Below, piece after piece: positions 29,592 to 41,500 of a stretch of DNA of 64,000 nucleotides. This DNA comes from Octopus vulgaris (taxonomy: Eukaryota), in contig OX597816.1 in assembly GCA_951406725.2 (NCBI GenBank), positions 94,674,001 to 94,738,000 of the forward strand, written 5' to 3'. The stretch's first letter is position 1; the number at the start of each line of letters is the position of its first letter. Under the pieces are notes generated by a model, which worked only from the letters and a program-made list of their open reading frames with translations, had not been told where the DNA came from and made no database searches. The position numbers and the translations under genes are program-made.

Positions 29592-32500
29592 AAAAAGTCC
29601 TGGGTTTCTTTTGTTTGACCAGAACCCTTCAAGGCAATGTCTCAGTATGGCTGCAGTCAAATGAGTGATATATATATATATATTTATTTATGGCATCATT
29701 CAGCTGTAGAAATTATGTCACTTCAGAATGGAGTCTAGTTCAGTGCTCCGCCAGCTTGCCAGCTCTGGTCACACCAACCAGCCCACCCCTGCCAGCATGG
29801 ACAACAGATGTTAAATGATGATGATGATGAGAGAGAGAGAGAGAGAGACAGGCAGACAGTGGTGCATATAAACAGGATTAGGCTCGATATATATATATAA
29901 ATATACAAATATAAATATACACATATAAATATACATAGATATATAGAGAGATATGTGCAGATACACATAACTAGGGTCAATTCATTCAACTAAAAAAAAA
30001 TTCTTTTGAAGGCAGTGCCCCAGCATGGCTGTAGTCAAATGACTGAAATGAGTAAAAGATATATATATATATATATATAAAACAATATATAATAATACTT
30101 ATTATATATTTTTTTATTCATTTTTGTACTTTTTGTGATCTAGTTATATGTTTAAAAAAATATATTTTCATCATCATCATCATCATCATCGTTTAGCGTC
30201 CGTTTTCCATGCTAGCATGGGTTGGACGGTTCTACTGGGGTCTGTGAAGCCAGAAGGCTTCATCAGGCCCAGTCAAATCTGGCAGTGTTTCTACGGCTGG
30301 ATGCCCTTCCTAACGCCAACCACTCTGAGAGTGTAGTGGGTGCTTTTTACGTGCCACCCGCACAGGTGCCAGACAGAGCTGGCAAACGGCCACGAACGGA
30401 TGGTGCTTTTTATGTGCCACCGGCACGAGGGCCAGGCGAGGCTGGCAATGGACACGAAACGGGGCGGTGCTGGCAACGGTCGCAAAACGGAAGGTTCTCT
30501 TACAAGCCACCGGCACTGGTAACACATCTGCAATTTCCATTGATCGATTTCGATTCTGATCCTCACTTGCCTCAACGGGTCTTCACAAGTAGAGTTTCGA
30601 CATGCCACCGGCACTGGTAACACATCTGCAATTTCCATTGATCGATTTCGATTCTGATCCTCACTTGCCTCAACAGGTCTTCACAAGTAGAGTTTTGTGT
30701 ATTTATTTTTTATTTATGATTTGGTTTATGTCTATCATTGTTTGAATTGCATAATAGTGGTTTTTCTCTAATTTATATATATAATCATCATCATTTTATG
30801 TCCACTTTTCCATGCTTATGGGTTTAATGGAATTTTGTTGAAGCAGATTTTCTATGACTGGATGCCTTTCCTGTTGTCAACCCTCAATAATTTACAAGTC
30901 AGGTAATAGTTCCACATAACTAGACATGTTTCCTTGGAAGATTGGGAATGAAGGGCACTGCTTGCCTTACAGAAGCAATGACCAAGACCTTTGGCATTAT
31001 GTCGTACTTGAGAAGAAGACCCATCAAGCCAAGCAAAATCACAGTCATGGCAGATACTGGTGTCATGCAAATGGTACCTGTGCCAATGGCAGATAAAAGT
31101 ACCTATTACACTCTCGGAGTGGTTGGCATTAGGAAGGGCATCCAGCCATAGAAAACCATGCCAAATCAGACTGGATCCTAGTGCAGCCTTCCAGTGTGCC
31201 AGCCCAGCCAAACCTAAATGATGATGATGGTTACTAGAGTACAATGGAGTGTTTGGTAACAATCCGATTATATAACCAATAATACTGTATATACTTCGGA
31301 TTATACACTCAGTCTATTGACAGATATACAAGTGCATCTTTTTCTTGACTTATGGACTTTTAGGTGACTTACTTATTTGTGTGTGTGTTTGGGGGTTGTA
31401 TCTCCTTGTCTTGAAATTGTATGTTAACTGTAAATGATTATCACCATCATAGAAGCAGTCATTCTTTTCCAAAATTCTGTGAGAACATGTCTGGCCATGG
31501 GGAATATTACCTTGCTTGTAAATAGGTGAGGGTTGGCTACAGGAAAGGCATCTGATGGTAAAAAATCTGCTTCAATAAACTCTGCTTGACCCTTGGTAGC
31601 ATGGAAAAATAGATGTTAAAATGGTGATGATGATGATGAATGTCCTCTAATAGTTTTGTATGTATTAAGTAGATGTTATCTATTTCTGCCTGTCTTCTCA
31701 CTTTGTCTAGCTGATCAGCAAGCATGGACAACTAAGATACCTTGCACTGTCTCTTGTAAATCAAAGATAACAACATTCGTGTATGTTACTAACAACTGAG
31801 TCACCTTTGTTTTTCAGAAAGAAAATACAGATGGACCTCGTGAACACATTGATATCAAATTTGAAGCTTTAATGCCGAAAGTAAGTTGACTTTGCTGTTG
31901 ATATTACAACTACAACTAGGAAACTTCTATGTGGTCATTCAACTTAGAGATAGTAGTCAAGTCTCCCTCATATCTTGGAAAATGACAATGATTCTGGTTG
32001 GAATGCTTTTGATCATAGGTCTGCTTGATTTGGGCCAAACAAAAACAGTTATTATCTTTATTGCTCCTAGTACTATTGCTGTACTTTGCATTAAATATAT
32101 GTCAAAAAGACTTTATGGTTATAACATTAGATTCTGCACTTATTTAATGCAGAATCAAATTTTCAATGAAGTTTTAAATGCTATTCATTTCACTTCACTT
32201 TCATTACTTGATAGACTTGAGAAAAGCATCAAAGACACACAATCTGATTTCCTTTTGTCACTTATTGTGAGGTATTGTGATCATCAAAAACAGGAATTCA
32301 TCTATGGATAGCCTAATACCTACAGAAATGTAAACAGTTTCACTAGAAATTATAATATTTTAAAAACATAAATGATTCATTTGTGTTTGTAAATAATTGT
32401 GTAACGTATGCATGTCACTCCTAAAGTGAAGGCATGTGGCCTAGTGGTTAGGGGCTGAGTTAACAATCATAAGTTCATGGACTGGGTGGTGCATTGTATC

Positions 32501-35500
32501 TCTGAGTAAGACACATCATTTCACATCGCTCAAAGCTACTCAGCTGAACATGAATACTAGTCGATTGCTGGTGCAGCCCTCTAGTTGCTCCAGCTATCAC
32601 ATCCTTGATATTTCACTGAGTCAAGTATGAGAGAATCAAATGGATGTTTATGTCTGCTTATACCAATAACATATTTGTGTCGCTTGGGCCCCTGAAACAT
32701 CTGTTTACCTTGCATATGTCAATGACATATAATTATCTGGACTACTTTGGTTCCCAAAACATATTTGGGTCTCTTTCGCTCCTGAAATTTATCAAAATCC
32801 ATCAAGATATTTACTTACCGGTGTTTGTTCTTTAGAATTCTGGTTGTCTTCTTGACTACTGAATCAACTATTGTAGATTGTTCAGTACCCACAAAAGTGA
32901 AATTTTTAGTTACATAATTAGATTCCTAAATTAATGAAGTACTTCTTTATTGTAGAAAATGTTTTTATTATTGTAATATTTGTAATGGTTAGAAAGAACA
33001 GCTAAATGCTGATAGTAAGAAATATTCAGTATCAGCATCCAGCTACTATTTCTAAAGACTAAATTTATAAAACCTTTTAATAGGCTTATGGCCTCTTGAT
33101 TCTCCATCTTTTCTCTTCTCACTGATGTATATTCATTGTTTTTTGCTTGATGAATCTTTGTTGGGAGTGGTTGACTATTAGGAACATTGCAGACAGGAAA
33201 TACCAACAAACGATTTTCTATCTAGATTCAAATATTAACTATTTAAAGCTGTGAGAGAACCGTTATATGATCATTCAGCCTGCAAATAATAGTTGCCAAA
33301 TTCTCCTCAAATCACACTCTACAATGTTAAAAGGACACATTGAAATATGTAGTCCTGAATACACTGCCCATAGCAAATAAGAGGGAGTGATCACAGCTAG
33401 ATTGTTTTTGACCATAGGTTTACATGATCAGGGCTAGCCTAGAGCTAAACAACAAAGGCTACTTAAATAACCTCCCACAATATCAACTATATAAATTATT
33501 ATTAGAGAAATAACACTGGATTAACATGATATGTGTGAAAGTAATGAATGTGTTAAGTGAAATACATTAGTAAAGAAGGGCTCTGGTTGGAGAGATCCTT
33601 CTCTTTACATGTTTTACTAACAACCAGTCTAACTCTTCATTTTTCTTTATCTCCAGCTATTAATCCCTGCTGAAAGTGGATCCTATCCACAAGTAGCTGA
33701 GCGACCAGATACTCTGTTAGTTCAAATCTCCAAAATGTCAGCAACCAATAAACAGAGTGAGGAAGAAACCAGTCATGAGAAACTATTACTGGCATTGGAA
33801 GAACAAAGCCAGTGCTGTCTACTTAAATCAACAGAATTCCCAATGGATCAGAACGAACTTTTGGTGTGTCCACAACATGTATGTAGTCATGTCTTAGAAA
33901 AGGACTGTCTTAATGCCTACATAGACTCATATGTGAAACAAGTGTTGACAAACTACAAGTTGTCATTGTCTGGCACGAACACAACTACAAATGCAGCTGA
34001 AATAGCTGACAGGAGAAGATTGAAAACCAACAGTCTCAAGCTGAATGCTGCATATGATATCTGGAATGTACATATTGATCAGATATGGATGGACTTCACC
34101 ACACGCAAGTCTCGCCCTGTTCCTTTTTTAGAGTCTTTCCCAGTGACATTTTGGTTTTGGCGAACTCAGCCCTGTAAAAGTAGGGAGAAGAAGGAAGGAG
34201 AGAGTAGATTTGGCCATAAAGACAGTTCTAAATTGAATGGGAGTCAGGATTATAGTGACACTTCTGAATCAGTTGATAGTGATAGTTCAACAACACTTTG
34301 TGATAATGATGGCCACACTGACATCTGTGCAATAGTATGTATCAAATCAAAAGTTCAAGTCCTACTCACACATTACCAGTATTTGTTCATGTTACGGCTT
34401 GCTGAGTCTTTAACAACCTTTCAAAAACAACTAGATGCTGACACTGAATATTTCTCCGGAACATTGGCATCTTCATCAATTTCTTTAACAACATTTGTGC
34501 AGGACATTGAAGTAGCGATGGTTTTCCGTAAACCATCTGAGAGTTCATTCCATAATGGAAACATGACTGAAGCTCATAGCAGTACCATAAAAGGAAGTAT
34601 ACCAGAACTGTCGCTTCCTGACCGGCAAGCAGAATTGGATGGTTGGCCAAACAGTAAGTTAATGTGCATGACTGTCATTTGTTTGATCTTGCTTCCCTCT
34701 AGAGGGTACAAATATATATAATACCCTCACCTTTCCATATATACATCATCATCATACCTACACACATCAAACATCCTCTCACCTTCCCAAACACTATCCT
34801 TCCTCCTATAAACACCACTAATATATAATGTGTTATTTCTGTTCTTTTGTTTTCACTCATCTGTCAAATTTCATAAATATTTTGTATTTGTTATCTATAA
34901 CCATTGTAAGTTTAATTATGATCATTATAGATTTTATTAATTCTTCCTAAGAACATGTAATAATTTCCTGCTGTGTTGTTTGTTGATCCATCAATGAATT
35001 TCTATGTTATTTGCAGATGACATGAACAACTATGATGGCAGCTTAAGTTACATCTCAAAATCTTACAGTGATTCTCGTTTAAATATCTCCAAGCATAGAA
35101 GTATGAATGGAGAGATGGTGGAGGGTTTGATCCATGAAGATAGCATGCAACCATTGAATACAGCATTAGAGAACAGTACTCCAAACATTAACCTCTGCAG
35201 TAGTGAAGGTGCATCAGAATGTGCAATGCCTATGTCACTGGTAACATATAGTGCAGCTTCAGACACTGTTTATTCAACAATAAGTTCAGATGCTAAAAGT
35301 GCTGGGCCAGCAGTTACAGCACGCAAATCCAGTTTTAAAAGTGAAAAGAAAAAAGTTCTGTCAACAGCTTGGTCAAATTTTACTGACAAGTTGAGGTCCA
35401 TGAGTGATTTAAATGACGATTCTTTGCTTGGTAGTGAAGACCTGGAACCAGGTCAGACTGATTATTCTTCAGATGATGAGTCATTTGAACATCTGTCATT

Positions 35501-38500
35501 AGAAGACGCTGAAGAACTTCCTGCATTTGAAAAGAAACAAACTCTTGATGCTCAGGGCTCTTTTGAAACTACAAGCCAAGACAGCAGTTTAGAAACTACA
35601 TCAACAGCTCGGGAAAAGCAACTAGTATGTGTTATTTATATTTTCTCCTTTTATGTGGTTAGCTTTGCAATGACTTCATATGAAAGTTTCCTTTTACTTA
35701 TTTTTCCAATATGATGTGGGACAGTGTGTTTAACCCTTTCGTTACTATATTTCTGACCAAAATACACCCCTTATGTGTTTCAATTAATTTCTAACATAAT
35801 CATAAATTTAGTCTGGTTTCATTAAACAACTATAACTTTTTTATTTATCAATATATTAACGTGAATTTTGGAAGATAATTTAATGAAATGTTCTCAACCA
35901 ATTCTATACTATAATTTTTGTCACAAAGTGACTCTAATTGCAGGTAGATACAGGTAAATTCAACAAAATATAAAATTATTAAAATTTTGTTCAAACATCA
36001 CTATAGAAAATGGGTTATTAGCTAATATTCAATTGGGTATACAACAAAATTTTACGATAGAATTTGTTATTCTGGGTAACTTTCTGATACCCATAATAAC
36101 ATTTATGGCAAAATAGTCTTAATTTCATTTAAGGTTATGGGAAACCACTTTCTTTCGTTTTGTTTACATTTAGCGTAACGGTTCGTTTCTGCCGTAATGA
36201 TTTCAAATAGGCTCATTCGAAAAAGTAAAAAGAAATAGTCTAAGGCTTTACTCTTCTGGGAAAGTCTGTGGCTTGGTCCAGTTTCTTCAGAAAAATCACC
36301 GAAAGAAACAGTTTTTAAATTTTCACTCCATTCAGGTGCCAATTCATTTTCTTTATCGCTGTCGGAGCTCTCGGATTCACTGTTTTCACTTTGGAAAATG
36401 AAACATCAGATTCATTATCAAATACCACATGCTTTTTTTTTTTCAGTCATAGAGTTAGATTTATGAAGGTCTTCAGTAGAAAATCCTTCGAATTCTGACT
36501 TTCTGCTTGATATAATGAAATTCGTATCCATTTTTTGTCAGAATTACAAATTTTGAAAACAATAGGAACAAATTTCGGAAAAAAATCTCCCAAAATTCAC
36601 GGAATTAAAATTACACTTCGATTTTTGTACAAAACTGTAGTTGAACTCTTTACGAAGTATAATACGTGTTTTCACGAATGTACTAAAGAGATTTGCTCTG
36701 ATATTCTCATTTAAATATGAATAGGTAAATTCGGGCGGTTTTGGGCGGCTTGGTCACATTAACCAAAATTTTTTTCGGGCGGTTTGGTAACGAAAGGGTT
36801 AAAGTGAAGATGTAAGACTATTGGACATACATCTATGCACTTACTACAGTTAATCATTTGTGTTTGTGACAAAGGCACATAACTTTGCTTGCCTTAGTCT
36901 GCCTTGCTGTAACAAGTTCTACTTTTGTTTCATAGTTGTTAGAATTAAAAAAGACATGCAGCTGTAAAAACAATTAGACCAACAGTATACAGATGTTCAA
37001 ATTAAATAAAATAATCATTCTTTAAAAATCTGTTTAAAAGCTAGAGCGCAAAACTAGTGATGCTGATGAAGTTAATGTTCTTTATGAGATTCATTAACTT
37101 GGCAACTAGTTCAGAGAAACAGATGTTATTGCAGTTGTTATAGAAGAAGCTGGGAGAAAAATACAAACATTTGTGAGTCTACAGCAGTAGTGTGTTGGTG
37201 AGTGTTTGTGTGTCAGTCTTCTCTTGAATGTGCTCTGTTCCAGATATATGAGCAGTTGTTACAATATGAGTTTTAGTAGAGTTTTGTAGATGGTCAGCAA
37301 ATGATCAGAGGTTGAGGTATTTCAAGCCCTAAAAAAGAAACCTAGAGTTTGTGATGTTTTTCTACAGATACCTAGCATGAGCATGTCAAAATAGATGTAA
37401 AACAGTGAAGATAAGTCATAATGTGTGAAGATATACTGGAAGGAGATAGTTCTGCCTGACTAACTATCAACACATCAGTTTAAAAAATGGTAGATTTTGC
37501 TATAGAGAAGAAGTTTCATGTATTAGTGGATGCCTGTTATAAAACCAGTTATAAATTACACATCTGGAAATAGTTTATATTTTCTATCACTCTCCTAAAG
37601 TATGCTAAATATTTATGTTGCATATTGTTTCTTCAAATGCTTACTTATTAATTACAAATTTGTCTTTTTTTAATCCATAATTGGCCTACCACTAACATGA
37701 TGTTTTGTGTATATTACGTTTCTGAATGACTTTGTATGTTTCATTTTTAGTTTCAGATTTAGACCCCATAGGTTACATCCATTGATCCACTGCTATCCCT
37801 ATCACCAACTTGCTATTCATCTTTATCTCCAGCCAATGAAGGAACCTTTATTTAGTCAGTTGACCTGCTAGAAATAGCAGTCAAATCTCTTACATTAGTA
37901 TCATAAAAAAGAAAGGATACATTAGGTAATGTAGTTTGAGGTACACTATTCCTGAAAAAAAAAAAACCTAAAAAAAAACGGGATAGTCATGGCTTGACTG
38001 CCTTTGATTGTACATCTATTTGATGGCAGTTGAATACATCTCTACCAAATCAATATTATTCACTATTATTACATGTCCTCACATTTGCAGCTATTTCAAT
38101 AGCATATAATTTCAAGTCAATTCACAATGCAGGCTCATATTGTGTAAAGCAAAGATAAAGCTACATAGTGAAGCAATAAGTTAATTTTAAACAAGTCATC
38201 TTCTGCTTTTTTTCAGATCAATGTTTCAATCTTCCATTTGAGCCGAACTGAAGCATTTGTCCAGAACTTGAGAAGTGGTACTGTATTACGTTGTCAATTA
38301 GAAAATATTGATGTTGCTGAATCAAGAGGTTTCAGCTGGGAAGGATTCCACCGCAAGTTTACCTCATCAAAAGGTATTTTTCATATATTCTTGTAGTAAA
38401 ATTAGCATTGTTTCCTAAGTGTCCCTATTGTTCTATTCCATTAATGAAGTCAACAGTTTAAATGTATATCACAGTAACCATGTAGTTTCTGGTTCAGTCC

Positions 38501-41500
38501 TACTGCCAGACATCTTTGGGCAAGTGTCTTCTACTATAGCCCCAGGCTGACCAATGCCTTGTGAAAGAATCTGACTGATTAAAACTTGTGTCAAAACCCT
38601 TTGAAGATATATGTGTGTTTTTATGTTTTTACTTGTCTCCCACCACTGCTTGACAGCCTGATTTGGTTTGTTTATGCCTCCATAACTTAGCAGCTTGGCA
38701 AAAGGAACTGATAGAAAAAGTACCAGATTTAAAATAAAAAAAAAAAAAATGTACTGGGGTCAATTTGTTCAACTAAGACCCTTCAAGACAGTGTCTTAAT
38801 ATGGCTACAATCCAATGACTGACACAAGTAAAAGATAAAAGATCCATTTTCTAAAGTGTGTAATTTGAGTAGCAGGTATACGAGTCGATGACATGCTAAA
38901 TTACCAGCTGCAAGGTAACTTGTTCAAATCTTTGACCAGCATTGTTTTGTGTCTAAGGACAAATCACTTAACTTTTAGTTGGCTCATTGATTAGCCATCT
39001 GCTGTGATAGGTGCTGTGTTGTTGGAACATGCACATGACTTGTGTTTTTGAGTTATTGATGTTAAGTCTGCAGTGCATAACTCTTCAACCTATCAGTTTT
39101 CTCCTGTAGATAATCTATCTTTGAGGAGAAGATTACCAAGTCAAGTGTACACTCAAGTTCTAAATGTGAGGGAAAATGTATACATAATACCTCTGATGGG
39201 GTCTTATTGATGATCCATTCATTGTTAATTAAGACACAGATGTGGGAAGAATACAGCCTTGTCACAACTAGATTTCACTGATGTTTCATAATCTTGTGGG
39301 TTGAGTTTACAGAAGGCAAGCAGTGTTTTCTGTAACATCTTCATTACCTAAATCATTATTATCTAACTTTGTCAACATTTTATACTTCTTCCTCTATCTC
39401 AGCTTACATTAATCAATATGTGGGACAGGTTCTTCTGTCTATCAATTAGTAGGTAGCTGAATAGTTTCCTGTTTGTTATTTATTACTTTACACACATTTC
39501 TCATCCAATTTGGCTGGTAAATCTGCTGTTGTTGTTTTGTATTAGGTTTACAGTATGAGACAAAATCAATGTCAACAGCGCAGTTCCCAGTACGACTAAA
39601 GTATATGATTGGTCCTGGTCTGGCTGAATTAAAGAATGATCTCATTGGACAAGAGCGGGGATTTTTACACATTGACTTGGCTGACATCAACCTGACATTT
39701 CAGATGTCAGCTCTTATGAATATAACTGACCTGATTGAGGATGAGCTCCCTCCTGTCTTCATGCCACTCTATATCAGCATCAAAGACCTGACACTGACAT
39801 TACAGGTAAGGCTTTTTGGACAGTTATTGAATAATTGTTTTATTTTACAGTTTCAAGGTGTTGTATCTGACACTACTGCTATAGGCAAGGCTTGTTGGGT
39901 AGCTACTGAACAGATAACTGGCTGTTTTCAGGGTATGGAATGTAAACATTAGGGTTAAGGTAGAGCTGTACGCCAGAAAATAGGGTTCAATAAAATCAGT
40001 ACCAGAAAGTGAAATAACGAAGTTGGGTAGCAGACTTAATCTGTCACATGGTTTAACATCACTGCCCAGTCCTTGGGTGCCTTGAGTGAAGCTCACTCTG
40101 TTTGCAAGTATTCAGGTCAGGCCTCCAGTTTGAGGATATATTCTTTCTTTCCTTCTATGTGTTTCTATCCTCCTTTTGTTAACTCTCTTTCTCTCTGGTT
40201 GGCCAACTTTGTACCTCCTAAGACACCTGTTTCTGTCACACTCTAACCTTTTATCATCTGATGCAAAATTACCTCCTCCAATACTCCCTCCCTTCTCAAA
40301 GATGTTTTATCTTGCAAGTTACTTGGTGACCCTGCAAGTGCTGGTGCCACATGAAGTGGTTGGCATTTGGAAAGGCATCCAGCTGTAAAAACCATGCCAA
40401 AACTGACCTTTCCTGTGCTGATGCCATGTAAAAAGCAGTCAGTCCACTCTGCAGAGTGGTTGGTGTTAGGAAGGGCATCCAACCATAAAACCATGCCAAA
40501 ATAGACACAGAAGCCTGGTGTAGTCTTCTACCTGGCTGGCTCTTCTCAAACTGTCCAACCTATGCCAGAATGGAAGGTGGATGTTAAACAATGATGATGA
40601 TGAAATACCTTTCCTGTTACCAATCCTCACCTGTTTCCAGGCAAGGTAGTATTTTCCAATGGCTGAACATGTTCTCCCAGAAAGTTGGAAAGGAATGACA
40701 GCTTCTATGATGGTGACACTCATTTACAACTGTCGAATGATGTCATATACTGAAAGGCAAAGTTTGCTCAACAGATCGCAAGTACCACTTCTTTATAGTT
40801 GAGTAATTAGTTACTGGAAGGACATCCAGCTGTGAAAACAATTACTCCATGAATATCTTCACTCTTATAGCATAGCAAATATAAGACAACCAGACACACA
40901 CACTTTTTAAAGAATGTCTTATTGATACTTGATTTAGTCAAAATGTATCAGCTGTTTCAATTTATGTAGAATCCAAATATCAAGCTTCTTAATGAGTGCA
41001 AGACATTTTAAGTGATTTTAAATTGTTGTATGTGATACATTTAACCTCTCTGCAATCTCTCAAACAGTTATATGACAATCAGATTCCGTTATGGCTTTGA
41101 TTTGGTCATCATCAACTTCAGTAGATCAACTAGAACATTGGTCATCTTTGAGTGAAAAGTCTCCAGAACGGAATTTTTAAAATCATTTCTGATATGTGCA
41201 TTCTCTTAAGTGATCAGCACCATAAACCTCACATATCTCTTTTTGAGCCTCAGCATACGGTGAAAATGTTCGTTTTTGCACTCTATGCTAAAATTGACAC
41301 TTAACTAATAGCTGTGGACAAAATTACATACAATTTGCTTCTAAAGTAAGCTAAAAGTAACAGCTATTAAATGTTAAAAGGTAAAAAATCATAACATTGA
41401 CAAAAGTCATTCAAGAAGATTGTAACTCTATCTATTTGTGAAAAACGAAATTACATTCTTGCTAACCCAGTATTCTCAATATTGTCCTTAACAAAAAGCA

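Noticed and set aside
39403-39428. Possible extra BLTP3 micro-exon (ctcAG...cagGTTCTT)
   Set aside because: 26 nt would break the frame between the phase-1 neighbouring exons, and the donor is weak.
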